In this document: in pieces, positions 19,491-29,170 of the stretch
How positions within the stretch are numbered: position 1 is the stretch's first letter
Layout of the letters: every line of letters begins with the position of its first letter
Made by a program: the position numbers and the translations under genes
NCBI GenBank assembly: GCA_965261395.1
Contig: OZ253462.1
Location: 192,001-256,000, forward strand
DNA length: 64,000 nucleotides
Source of the DNA: Candidatus Latescibacterota bacterium
GTDB lineage: Bacteria > Latescibacterota > UBA2968 > UBA8231
Direction: 5' to 3'
The notes under the pieces: generated by a model
Told to the model about the DNA's origin: nothing
The model's database searches: none
The model's input: only the letters and a program-made list of their open reading frames with translations

Positions 19491-20144
19491 CTACGCGGCG
19501 ACTGGTTGACGAATTACGATTTCCTGATGCCATTTGATATGGGCGGCTTCCAACGCAACTGGCTGATAGCGCAATTTCACATCAAATCCACAAACAGCAC
19601 ACTTATATTCGTAGGCTTTCAGGACATTTTCTCGGAAGTCGGGGTCGCGTCTTTTCCGATTGGGAATCTGGACAGGAAACTCGATGCCAACGGTTTGCAA
19701 AATGTCTTCGTGAATCGAGGCAGGAAAATGAGCGTCCAACAAATTCTGGCTTATTTCAAATGCCAGTTTAGGATCATTCCGAAGACGAAGGGCAATAGGT
19801 TCAGGGAAACCACCTGAAACCTTGTAACGCCGCAGATCGGTTATGTAGGCATCCCCGCTTTTCGTTTGCCTAATTTTGTCTTCATCGGATACTTCCCATA
19901 CCCCATCATTTCTCAACCGCCAAAATGGAAACACGGATCTGTCGCTTGATTCCCAAGGTCCAAACTCTTGCAGTAGTTTTCCAAGCTCCTCGTCTATATC
20001 GGAATAAGCAATAAGCCTGCTCTCTGAGCGTAGCAATTTTCCAATTGCATACAGAACCAGCAAGGGTTTGTGAGGTGCTCTTTTCTCATCCCTTTTCCAT
20101 AGATGCAAGGTTCTAAATTTCTGTAGAATCAATTCTCTGTCCAT
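19491..20144 (-). pseudogene. SBD-HNH (phosphorothioate-DNA-dependent) restriction endonuclease lacking most of the HNH domain
   Basis: RAPHKPLLVL and FPFWRL..DGVWEV SBD-like motifs, RDPDFR..VL.AY..CAVCG, LEAAHIKWH, then stop after 11 residues with no N/CxxH part; lower GC. Confidence 0.75.
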
Positions 20145-20184
20145 CGGTGCTCTCTACGGTCGGCACCCGTGCCAACCAAATCCC

Positions 20185-20958
20185 CTAAGAATCCAACCCC
20201 ACCCCTGGCGGCATAAAAAACTCATACTGCTCCGGCGTGCCGTAGCCATCCATCTCCGTCAGCCGCACCCCCGTGCTGTTGAGCGCCGCCTCGACGATCC
20301 GCTTGTTGAAGTCGCTGACATTTTCATCAGCCAGATACTCGGCTACCGGCATCCACAGACACTCGGCGATCTCGTCCTCTTGGATGTTAATCTCGGTGCT
20401 CAGTGGGCGCAGGCGGCAGACGAAGTAAATATCCGACTTGCCGAAGCGGTAGCCGTGCCAGTGGCGGAAGCAGACCAGTGCGTCGAACTCAGCCTCGACT
20501 CCGGTTTCTTCGGCGACTTCGCGCACCACAGCTTCGGCCAAGTGCTCACCGGCGTGCAGCGCGCCGCCGGGCAACTTGTAGCGCGGTGGGCCGGGCGCGC
20601 GCCGATGGTACTTTTCGCTGACCACCAACAGTTCCCGCGCCTCGTTGAGCACCACTCCGCCCGCGCCGATATAGTGCGAGGCGTAGGCCGGCACATACGC
20701 GCCTTCTTCCAGTTGTAAGGTCATCATCAGATAGCCGTCGCCGCTGTGGTGGAATGTAAACCCAGCTTCCACCGCTACGGGGACCAACGCCGCCTTGGCA
20801 ATCGAGACCTCCAGCCAGACCACCCGGTGGCCTTCCTCCTTCCAGGCCGTCAGCGAAACGCGCAGCCGCTCGGCAAACGCCGCCGGATCTGAGTCGAGAG
20901 CCTCTGGTTTGGGAATGATGCCGCCGAATGGATTGGTCGTTGCCGCAATAGATTCCAT
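20185..20958 (-). CDS. Nudix hydrolase, NUDT6-like with N-terminal extension domain
   Basis: LPGG.....E....AVVREVAEETG Nudix box; SL..W......VWL...GFTFHH N-domain; FGKSDIYFVC. Confidence 0.9.
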   Translation of the reverse strand: MESIAATTNPFGGIIPKPEALDSDPAAFAERLRVSLTAWKEEGHRVVWLEVSIAKAALVPVAVEAGFTFHHSGDGYLMMTLQLEEGAYVPAYASHYIGAGGVVLNEARELLVVSEKYHRRAPGPPRYKLPGGALHAGEHLAEAVVREVAEETGVEAEFDALVCFRHWHGYRFGKSDIYFVCRLRPLSTEINIQEDEIAECLWMPVAEYLADENVSDFNKRIVEAALNSTGVRLTEMDGYGTPEQYEFFMPPGVGLDS

Positions 20959-20982
20959 ATCCCGCCTCCTCAATGGCCGCTA

Positions 20983-21011
20983 GTGATAGCAAACCCCACT
21001 TGGCGTGTCAA
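20983..21011 (-). promoter_or_regulatory. Putative sigma70 promoter of the Nudix gene
   Basis: Minus strand TTGACA-17 bp-TATCAC, 25 bp upstream of the start. Confidence 0.45.
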
Positions 21012-21136
21012 GCGGGATTTATATATTTATAAAAAGACGACATAAAGAGATATTTTCTCTTTTATATTGATTTTTGAGCAAAATTTCCAACTTTAAGACG
21101 TAATAAAACGAAAAAATCAGATTAGGAGAGGATAAA

Positions 21137-22495
21137 ATGATAATCAGTTTCTCTGTTGAAAACTGGATGTCCTTCCGCGACCAAGCGACCTTCTCGATGA
21201 TCGCTAGCCGGGAGCGCCAGCATGGAAAACGCGTTCCTAAGCTCGGCAAGTACCAAACGAGAGTTCTTCCGATTGCAGCGATTTACGGCGGTAACGCCTC
21301 GGGCAAGACCAACCTTTTCAAGGCACTGAGTTTTGCCAAAACGCTAGTCGTCAAGGGCACTAGGCTTGACAGCCTGATCCCTATCGAGCCGTTCCGCTTG
21401 GATGGCAAGGGGACTAACCGCCCCTCGCGCTTTGCCTTTGAGTTGCTAATTGACGAAACCATTTACGAATTCAGCTTTGCAGTGACCCGCAAGGCAGTCC
21501 TAGAAGAAAGACTCGTGGTAATCACCAGTACCAGCGAAAAAGTGCTCTATGACCGCCGTGACGGAGAACCCAACTTTGACTCATCGCTCGCCAAAGACAT
21601 GTTCCTAGAGTTCGCTTTCAAGGGGACCCGGGACAATCAGCTTTTTCTAACCAACTCTGTATCCCAAAAGGGGGACAATTTCAGGACGGTCCATGACTGG
21701 TTCAAGGATACACTCAAGTTCGTCGCACCCGACTCGCGGTTTGATCCCTTCGAACAGTTTATTGATGAAAAAGATCCACTGTACACGACTATGAACGAGA
21801 TGTTACAACGGCTCGATACCGGGATCACCCATCTTGGCAGTGAAGAAATTCCATTCGAGAACATCCCACTTTCCGCTCCAATAAAGACCGAGCTTCAGGA
21901 AAAAGTGGAAAGCGGCATGACCGTTGAGTTGGAGTCGGGTAATGCCCGCTTCGTGATCACTCGCAAGGACGGCGAGTTAATCGCAAGAAAATTGGTCTCC
22001 TTTCATCCGAAATCGGACGGCACAGAAGCCAAGTTTGAGATTCACCAGGAATCGGATGGCTCACAACGGGTTATTGATCTCTTGCCTGCCTTTCTCGACC
22101 TTTCGGCGCAAACGTCGCCGAAAGTCTATGTCATTGATGAAATTGACCGCAGTCTGCATCCCTTGCTAATCCAGCAACTGCTTGAGACATACCTAGCGAA
22201 TTGCTCTACGGAAACCCGGAAACAACTTTTGCTGACGACCCATAACGTTATGCTGATGGATCAGCAGTTGTTGCGCCGGGACGAAATGTGGGTGGCGGAA
22301 AGGGATAAGTTCGGCGTGTCCAGCCTGTTTTCCTTCAGCGAATACAAAGACGTTCGTTACGACAAGGATCTTCGGAAAAGCTACTTACAGGGACGGCTGG
22401 GAGGAATCCCTCGCATCCTGCCGGGAGGCACTCTCACCAATCCTCATCTCACGGAGGAAAGTGAGGAGATGACGGATGCCGCCGAAAAGACGTAA
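21137..22495 (+). CDS. AAA_21 ATPase, RloA/AbiLi-type defence ATPase
   Basis: [22 protein letters not shown] Walker [37 protein letters not shown]; lower GC. Confidence 0.85.
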   Translation: MIISFSVENWMSFRDQATFSMIASRERQHGKRVPKLGKYQTRVLPIAAIYGGNASGKTNLFKALSFAKTLVVKGTRLDSLIPIEPFRLDGKGTNRPSRFAFELLIDETIYEFSFAVTRKAVLEERLVVITSTSEKVLYDRRDGEPNFDSSLAKDMFLEFAFKGTRDNQLFLTNSVSQKGDNFRTVHDWFKDTLKFVAPDSRFDPFEQFIDEKDPLYTTMNEMLQRLDTGITHLGSEEIPFENIPLSAPIKTELQEKVESGMTVELESGNARFVITRKDGELIARKLVSFHPKSDGTEAKFEIHQESDGSQRVIDLLPAFLDLSAQTSPKVYVIDEIDRSLHPLLIQQLLETYLANCSTETRKQLLLTTHNVMLMDQQLLRRDEMWVAERDKFGVSSLFSFSEYKDVRYDKDLRKSYLQGRLGGIPRILPGGTLTNPHLTEESEEMTDAAEKT

Positions 22496-22536
22496 TTTAC
22501 AAACTGGTCGAGAACATCCTTAGCGAAAGACCATAA
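22476..22536 (+). pseudogene. Putative RloB remnant (N- and C-terminal stubs fused by deletion)
   Basis: ATG 22476 gives MPPKRRN overlapping the ATPase stop; another frame 22498-22536 reads YKLVENILSERP*. Resemblance to RloB termini is from memory. Confidence 0.5.
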
Positions 22537-22540
22537 TTCC

Positions 22541-24379
22541 ATGCAACGCACACTGCACAGAAAGCTCATCGGCCCCAAGGCCCAGCGCCAGCTCCTCGCC
22601 TTCCTCGGCGAGCACCTGCCCCACTTCACGCCCCCCACTACGGCCGCAGCCTGGCACAAGCAAGCCCCGGCCCTGCGCGCCCAAGTTCTCGACCTATTCT
22701 TCCGCGGCCATCCCGCCGGCCTCCTCGCGGAAGAGCCGCAAGTCCACTGGGGCGACCGCATCGAGACGGGTGCTGGCTACACCATCCGCAAGCTGCGCTA
22801 CGAGGGCTACCCCGGCCTCTGGGTCCCGGCCCTGCTCTACGAGCCTGACCAGCTTAGGGAAAAAGCTCCGGCTGTCCTCAACCCCAACGGCCACCACGCC
22901 GGCGGCAAGGCCATGGACTACAAACAGGCCCGCTGCATCAACCTCGCCAAGCGCGGGATGCTGGCGCTCAACACCGAATTTCTGGGGATGGGCGAACTGC
23001 GCGCCGACGTCGAACACAACCGCATCGGCCACCTCGACCTGTGCGGCATCGCCGGCATCGGCGTGTTCTATCTCTTGATGAAGCGCGGCCTCGACGTGCT
23101 GCTCGCCCACCCCAAGGCCGATCCCGAACGCATCGGGATGACCGGCCTGTCGGGCGGCGGCTGGCAGACAGCCCTGCTGGCGGCCCTCGACGAGCGAGTC
23201 AAAGTCATCGTGCCGGTGGCTGGTCATTCAGCCGTCTGGCAGCGCCGGGGCTGCATCGAGGACATTGGCGACCAAGAGCAATGCCCGGCCGACCTTTGCA
23301 TGGTCGCCGACTACGACGCGCTCTCCGCGCTCTTTGCGCCGCGGCCGACCTTGCTCATCTACAACCGCCACGACGACTGCTGCTTCCAGACGCAGAGGAC
23401 GCGCAAGTCCATCTACGAACCCATTCGACCAGTCTTCGCGCTTTTGGGTGCCCGCGACAACATCGCCCTGCACGACAACACCGACCCCGGCACCCACAAC
23501 TACGAGCGCGACAACCGCTGCCAACTCTACAAATTTCTCAACCAACATTGGGGATTGGAAACATCAGACGACGACCTGTCCTATCGCGACGAATTGCAAA
23601 CCGAAGCAGCCCTCGCCGTCGGCCTGCCCCCCGACAACGCCACCCTACTCTCCATCGCGCAGGCAACTCTTGGCAAGATCCGAGAGCACAACAGAAAAGC
23701 GCGTGCTCCGGCCGCCGCACGCCAGGCACTCGCCTCATTACTCAAGCTGCCTCAGTGGAAAAATAAGTCCCTGCAAGAAGTCGGCACCGCGCAAAAGCGC
23801 CAAGACGGCACCATCCAACATTACCTATTGCACCTCGACGATACCTGGACCCTGCCGCTGACCGAATACACGCCGCCACGCCCCCGAGGCATTGAGCTGC
23901 TCATCGCCGATGGCGGTCGCGGTGCGCTCGCCGCCCCGCTGACCACCGCTCTCGCGCAAGGTCGCCGGGTGATAGTCGCCGACATCTTTGCTACCGGCGA
24001 ACTCCGCACCGATCCGCGCCACCAGATGCTGGTCGCCACCGCTGGCCAGCGCCCGCTCGGCATCCAGGTCGGCCAAGTGCTGGCGCTGCTAGCGACAGCA
24101 AGCCAAAAGAGCCGGACGCTACACCTGACGGCTCACGGTCGCGTCTGCCCGGTCGTCGCGCTGATCGCCGCCGCGCTAAAACCCAATTCCCTCGCCTCGC
24201 TGACGACCAACACCCTCATCGACTCGCTCGGCCGCCTCATCGATTGGCCGCTGTCCTACGACGCCGCCCCGTCTCTCTACTGCTTTGGCCTGCTGGCCGA
24301 ATTCGACATTCCCGACCTAATCGCACTCTCGGCACCCGTGCCCCTTGCCGACCCGAATCGCGGGCCGTTGCGCCGCTGA
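22541..24379 (+). CDS. Alpha/beta hydrolase (acetylxylan esterase-like), two-domain
   Basis: PAVLNPNGH, RIGMTGLSGGG nucleophile elbow, DDCCF, GTHNY. Confidence 0.8.
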   Translation: MQRTLHRKLIGPKAQRQLLAFLGEHLPHFTPPTTAAAWHKQAPALRAQVLDLFFRGHPAGLLAEEPQVHWGDRIETGAGYTIRKLRYEGYPGLWVPALLYEPDQLREKAPAVLNPNGHHAGGKAMDYKQARCINLAKRGMLALNTEFLGMGELRADVEHNRIGHLDLCGIAGIGVFYLLMKRGLDVLLAHPKADPERIGMTGLSGGGWQTALLAALDERVKVIVPVAGHSAVWQRRGCIEDIGDQEQCPADLCMVADYDALSALFAPRPTLLIYNRHDDCCFQTQRTRKSIYEPIRPVFALLGARDNIALHDNTDPGTHNYERDNRCQLYKFLNQHWGLETSDDDLSYRDELQTEAALAVGLPPDNATLLSIAQATLGKIREHNRKARAPAAARQALASLLKLPQWKNKSLQEVGTAQKRQDGTIQHYLLHLDDTWTLPLTEYTPPRPRGIELLIADGGRGALAAPLTTALAQGRRVIVADIFATGELRTDPRHQMLVATAGQRPLGIQVGQVLALLATASQKSRTLHLTAHGRVCPVVALIAAALKPNSLASLTTNTLIDSLGRLIDWPLSYDAAPSLYCFGLLAEFDIPDLIALSAPVPLADPNRGPLRR

Positions 24380-24441
24380 GGGCACCGCTACCGTCCGCTG
24401 CCGTGGCGATATGTTCGACGATTGTCCCGGGCTGTCGCTCC

Positions 24442-25518
24442 CTAGCCATATTTTTCCCGGAGGCACCGCGCCGCCTCCACCTCGTTTTTGAGCTTGCTAT
24501 AAACCTCGTCGATATCGACTTTCGCCGCCGATCCAGGGGCGAAACCGCAGTCCGGGTTGAGCACCACCCGCTCGGGCGCTAAGTACTCCAACGCCTGTTC
24601 CACCCGCCCGATGATCGTCTCTGGCTCGTCAACCTCGCCCGGATGCACCCCCACACAACCCAAGCCGATCTCCAAATCTTCGCGCAGCCCCTTAAACACC
24701 TCCGCATCCCCTGCGCCCGGACTGGTAAATTCCATAGTCAGATGGTGTACCTTCAGGCGATTGAGATGGGCGATGATCGGGCCATAGCCACCGGTGTGAC
24801 ATGCCTCGCCCCGGACCCGGGCACCCGCGCGGCGGCACAAATGCACGGCCAAGCGCACCCCTGTGGCTCCCTCCACCACCGCATTGGTCATCGCCACCGC
24901 AAAGTCGGCCTCGGCCTCGGGGTCGTCATATCCGGCTCGCACCTCGTCATCGACGAGCAGGCATAGATGCGGATCGTCGATCTGCACGATATCGGCACCG
25001 GCCTCACACAATAGCGCCAACTCGCGGCGCAGAATCGGCACACAAGCCTCGACGAATCCATTGCGGGTCGGATAGGCTCCGCGCGATTGTTCCGCATCCC
25101 ACATCCGCTCGCCCAATAGCGCCGGTGCCGGCAAGGTGGCCTTGATTTTGCGCGAGCTAACCTGCTTGAGAAATTTTATTTCCCGCGCGATAAACCCTTC
25201 GTCTTTCGGTGCCAACTCGCCCGTGACGATGGTCCACGGCCTGCCGTCCGCATTCCGGCCCAACTCGAAGCCATGCGCCAATTCGGCGATCACGCCGATA
25301 TACGAAGCGCGCCGCCATTCACCATCGGTGATCACGTCCAACCCCGCCTCCTCCTGCAACGCCACCGCATAGGCCACCGCCGCGTCCATCACCTGCCCCA
25401 GCCGCTCAGCGTCCATTGGCCGCTCACCCATCACCGCCTCGCGCACGAAATCCGGTCGCGGCAGCGAGCCGACCACCGCCGCCGGAAAGAGCGTCCCGTA
25501 GTATTGACGTGTCGACAT
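24442..25518 (-). CDS. Cobalamin-independent methionine synthase II family protein (MetE C-terminal-like)
   Basis: VVGSLPRP, ITDGEWRR, QIDDP, HLC, NPDCG zinc ligands. Confidence 0.88.
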   Translation of the reverse strand: MSTRQYYGTLFPAAVVGSLPRPDFVREAVMGERPMDAERLGQVMDAAVAYAVALQEEAGLDVITDGEWRRASYIGVIAELAHGFELGRNADGRPWTIVTGELAPKDEGFIAREIKFLKQVSSRKIKATLPAPALLGERMWDAEQSRGAYPTRNGFVEACVPILRRELALLCEAGADIVQIDDPHLCLLVDDEVRAGYDDPEAEADFAVAMTNAVVEGATGVRLAVHLCRRAGARVRGEACHTGGYGPIIAHLNRLKVHHLTMEFTSPGAGDAEVFKGLREDLEIGLGCVGVHPGEVDEPETIIGRVEQALEYLAPERVVLNPDCGFAPGSAAKVDIDEVYSKLKNEVEAARCLREKYG

Positions 25519-25519
25519 A

Positions 25520-26284
25520 TTAGCCGCCGTATTCGTTTGACCAGCGCGCATTGGCTAGCGCTAAGTCCTCTTCAGTGTCAATTTCCATGTACTCGCCATC
25601 GGTGGACACCATGTGCAAGGCCAATCCTGCGTCCAACATTTCTTGGAAGAGATGAATCAGATAAGCCTTTTCGAATGGCGTGCCGTCCTTCCAAGTCTGC
25701 CCGGCGTACTCCGCCTTCATCCGCTGATAATGCGCCCGCAAAGACCGCGCCCCCGCCACACTGAACCGCGCCACGCCGATATACTCGCCGCTGGCCGCTG
25801 GCGCAGGAATGGCGCGGTTGACCTCCACGACCCGATCGCCCTCGGCCACGATCTTTTCGGCATCGTCTTCGGGGTGCTGGCTGCGATCTGCATAGCGCGT
25901 ACGCCAGTCCGTATCAACGCAGAGCGCGATATCGCCCTCGTGCTCCAGCGCTCGACGCACGACCGTGGGACGGTAGAGAATATCGGCATAGGAACAGACA
26001 AAACCATCGGCCATATACTCCTCGGCGCAAAAGAGCGAGGCCAAGATATTGTTGTGCTGCCAGTCGGCGTTATGGCAATAAGTGAGGTGCGGGTAGTCGG
26101 CCTGGATCTGCTCGATGCGATAGCCGCCGACAAAGACCGGCGTCTCTAACCCGGCCGCGGCCAGCGCCTCGAGCATCCAGTCGAGGATCCGCCGCCCGCC
26201 GATGGGCACATAGCATTTGGGCTGCCCGTCGGTCAGGGCATTGAGCCGGCTGCCGCGGCCGGCGCCGATGATGATGGAGCGCAC
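25520..26284 (-). CDS. NTP transferase, phosphocholine cytidylyltransferase (LicC)-like
   Basis: IGAGRGSRL...PKC, SYADI, GEYIG, EIDTEEDL; GTG start after GGAG. Confidence 0.82.
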   Translation of the reverse strand: MRSIIIGAGRGSRLNALTDGQPKCYVPIGGRRILDWMLEALAAAGLETPVFVGGYRIEQIQADYPHLTYCHNADWQHNNILASLFCAEEYMADGFVCSYADILYRPTVVRRALEHEGDIALCVDTDWRTRYADRSQHPEDDAEKIVAEGDRVVEVNRAIPAPAASGEYIGVARFSVAGARSLRAHYQRMKAEYAGQTWKDGTPFEKAYLIHLFQEMLDAGLALHMVSTDGEYMEIDTEEDLALANARWSNEYGG

Positions 26285-26428
26285 TGGCTCTCCTTTCGTT
26301 TTGACGCTTAGAGTATAGAGAGTGGAATAGGACGCCAATATACCTACCGCCTTCTACTGGAACAATCGTCGGTGGAGAGCATCGCCCTAGCACCTTATAT
26401 TGAACCATTACATATAGAAAGGATAAAT

Positions 26429-27697
26429 ATGTCCGAAAAACTGCCCCTCGCCATCGTCGGCTGCGGCGGCATGGGCCACCGCCATCTCTACGGCCTTGCC
26501 GAGCTGCAAAGCGCTGGTCTGTCGCCCTTTGAACTAGTGGGAGCCTGCGACCCCAACCTCGACAACGCCCACTCGCTCGCCGACCAAGCCGAGGAGCGGC
26601 TGGGCACGCGACCGCAACCCGTCAAAGATCTCGCCGAACTGGCTGCCGTCGCTCCGGTCCAAGCCGTCGATATCACCACCCTACCGGCCCATCACCATAC
26701 GGTAGCCATCGAGGCCATGGAGCGCGGCTGGCACGCGCTGTGCGAAAAACCCATGGGGCTTACGGCCCGCGCCTGCAAGCAGATGATCGCCAAAGCCCAA
26801 GAGACCGGGCGCGTCCTCTCCGTAGCCGAAAACTACCGCCGCGACCCGGTAAACCGCCTCGCCAAGGCCCTACTCGACGCCGGCATCATTGGGCGTCCGC
26901 GCCTGATGCAGCACATTACCATGGGCGGCGGCGACGGCATGCTCATTTCAGTGTGGCGGCACCAGAAAAACGCCAGCGGTGTCCTCCTCGACGTGGGCGT
27001 TCACTTTGCCGACATCATGGAGTACTTCCTCGGCGAGGCCGACACGGCCTACGCGCAGACGCGCCTGCACGAGCCGACCCGCAAAAACCCCGTAGCCGGC
27101 CGCGACGTCAGCAGCGGCTCGCCGGGAGGCGTCTATGAGCGCTGGCAAAAAGACATGCCCGCGGAGTTTGCGGCCACCGCCGACGACGCGGCCTACGCCA
27201 CCATCCTCTTCAAAAGCGGCGCGGTTGCCCAGTACATCGAAGACCACGCAGCCCACGGCCAACACCTGTGGCAGCGGTCCATCCACGGCAGCCTCGGCTC
27301 GCTGTCCCTACCCGGCGATCGCTCGGGCCAACGCCTCGCGCTCCACCTCGACGGCGCAGACCCCATAGACGACCAAGCTCTCCTCGACCTAGTGCCCGAT
27401 CACCGCCTCGACGATGCCACGGCTGCTCTCTTCGGCGGCGACCGGCTCTTTGAGTACCACTTGCCCTTTCCCGAGACCGACCGCAAGCTGATCGCCGTCG
27501 AATACCACGAGCTCGGCACCTGTATCCAACAGGGGCGACAACCCGAAGTCAATGCCTATCAAGGCGCTCGCTCCGTGGGCCTGTCCTACAGCCTGATGGA
27601 GTCGCAAGTCGCCGGCCGCGCGCTTGCGGTCGATGCTGTCTGCGACGACCAGATCAACGCCTATCAAGCCGAGATCAACGAGGATCTGGGGCTCTAA
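26429..27697 (+). CDS. Gfo/Idh/MocA family oxidoreductase
   Basis: AIVGCGGMG, LCEKPM, AENYR, LLDVGVH. Confidence 0.9.
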   Translation: MSEKLPLAIVGCGGMGHRHLYGLAELQSAGLSPFELVGACDPNLDNAHSLADQAEERLGTRPQPVKDLAELAAVAPVQAVDITTLPAHHHTVAIEAMERGWHALCEKPMGLTARACKQMIAKAQETGRVLSVAENYRRDPVNRLAKALLDAGIIGRPRLMQHITMGGGDGMLISVWRHQKNASGVLLDVGVHFADIMEYFLGEADTAYAQTRLHEPTRKNPVAGRDVSSGSPGGVYERWQKDMPAEFAATADDAAYATILFKSGAVAQYIEDHAAHGQHLWQRSIHGSLGSLSLPGDRSGQRLALHLDGADPIDDQALLDLVPDHRLDDATAALFGGDRLFEYHLPFPETDRKLIAVEYHELGTCIQQGRQPEVNAYQGARSVGLSYSLMESQVAGRALAVDAVCDDQINAYQAEINEDLGL

Positions 27698-27701
27698 AAC
27701 A

Positions 27702-28502
27702 ATGGCCGCTATCCTCTGCCCCCGCTGCCACAAACTCGTCAGCGCCGAAGCTGAAACCTGTCCCCATTGCGGCCAGCGCAAACCCGGGCTGTGGGGCGCG
27801 ACCGCCGCCATGCGCCGGCTTGGCTTGCAATTGAATTTCCCGCACTTAATCACCGTGTTCTGCGGCGTGCTCTACCTACTCGCGTTGGCTCTAGATCCAT
27901 CGGCGATCTTCCAGACGCAGAGCCTGATGCAGATTCTCTCGCCCAGCATCCAAGCCAGCTTCAAACTCGGCGTCACCGGCACCGTGCCCATCTTCTCCTA
28001 TGAATTATGGTGGACTCCGATCACCGCCATCTACCTGCACGGCGGCCTGCTGCACATTTTCTTCAACATGATGTGGGTGCGCCAGCTTGGTCCGGTTGTG
28101 GAAGATCTCTTCGGCCCCTTCCGCCTCTTTGCGATCTTCACGGTCGCCGGCATCACCGGCTTCCTAGCCTCGACCCTAGCGGGCCACGAACTCACGCTGG
28201 GGGCTTCCGGCTCGATCTTCGGCCTTTTGGCCGCGGCCATCGCCTACGGTCGGCGCGCCGGTGCCCAGCTCTTCACCCGGCAGTTTCTCCAGTGGGCGGG
28301 CTTGCTTTTTGTCATGGGCTTTGTGATGCCTGGCGTCGATAACTGGGCGCATGGCGGCGGTTTCATCGGTGGCTACGCCGCGGCTTATGTCTTCAGCCGC
28401 AGCTCGGAACGCGAGGGCTTGGGAGCTTATCTGATCGGTGGTTTGTGCCTGTTAGCCACGGTCGGCGCTTTTTTGATGCAGTTTATCACCGTGTTTCTAT
28501 AG
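27702..28502 (+). CDS. Rhomboid intramembrane serine protease with N-terminal zinc ribbon
   Basis: CPRC..CPHC; YLHGGLLHIFFNM, GASG, DNWAHGGG. Confidence 0.9.
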   Translation: MAAILCPRCHKLVSAEAETCPHCGQRKPGLWGATAAMRRLGLQLNFPHLITVFCGVLYLLALALDPSAIFQTQSLMQILSPSIQASFKLGVTGTVPIFSYELWWTPITAIYLHGGLLHIFFNMMWVRQLGPVVEDLFGPFRLFAIFTVAGITGFLASTLAGHELTLGASGSIFGLLAAAIAYGRRAGAQLFTRQFLQWAGLLFVMGFVMPGVDNWAHGGGFIGGYAAAYVFSRSSEREGLGAYLIGGLCLLATVGAFLMQFITVFL

Positions 28503-28510
28503 CTCGCCTC

Positions 28511-29170
28511 ATGCCCGACGAACGCATCGCGCTCTTCGATGGCCAAGGCCGTCCCATCGGCAGCAAAAGTCGCGCGGCTGCGTATGGCGACGGCGACCGC
28601 GTTGGCTTGGTTTTCGTCTGGGCGGCTTGGCGCACATCCTCCGGCATCGTCCGCATCCTACTCCAAACTCGCTCGCGACCCGGCGATCCCTATCTCGGCA
28701 GCCTCGACGCGCCGGCCGGCGGCCACATTCGGGCCGGAGAAACGCCCGAGGCAGCGGCACGGCGCGAATTCGCCGAAGAAGTCGGCATCGCGCTGGCACC
28801 CACCGAGTTGGTCTTCCTCGGCCAGCAACCCCTCCAAGACACCGGGCGCTCCGCCATGCAATTTTTCTACCTCTGCACGCGGCCTATATCGCTGGGGGAA
28901 ACCGTATTCAACGAAGAAGTGGGAGCCTTCGTCGAAGTCGGACTCGACGATTTCGACTCCCTAATCTGCGGGCGAACCGCGTCAATCCAAGGCCAAGCCC
29001 GCTACAAGGAAGCCCCAGACGAAACGAGGCCACGGGAAATTACGCCCGCGGCCTTCGCCGCCTATTCCGAGCCGATCATGGACGCCATCCGCCGCTCAGC
29101 CAGCGCGATCCGCGTCTATCTCGATACTGAGCAGATCGACGAGACTATCTGGACGCCTGCGACCGGCTGA
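28511..29170 (+). CDS. Nudix hydrolase (IPP isomerase-like)
   Basis: LLQTRS, AGGHIRAGETPEAAARREFAEEVG. Confidence 0.8.
   Translation: MPDERIALFDGQGRPIGSKSRAAAYGDGDRVGLVFVWAAWRTSSGIVRILLQTRSRPGDPYLGSLDAPAGGHIRAGETPEAAARREFAEEVGIALAPTELVFLGQQPLQDTGRSAMQFFYLCTRPISLGETVFNEEVGAFVEVGLDDFDSLICGRTASIQGQARYKEAPDETRPREITPAAFAAYSEPIMDAIRRSASAIRVYLDTEQIDETIWTPATG

Noticed and set aside
19127-20197. GGTTGGATT inverted match at the ends of the two genes flanking the HTH/HNH insert, as IS-like ends
   Set aside because: Only 9 bp, inside coding ends, with no transposase or target duplication; compatible with chance.
20185-20958. NUDT6-like Nudix as a eukaryote-derived or defence gene
   Set aside because: The family is known in diverse bacteria, and its GC and codon style match the host backbone.
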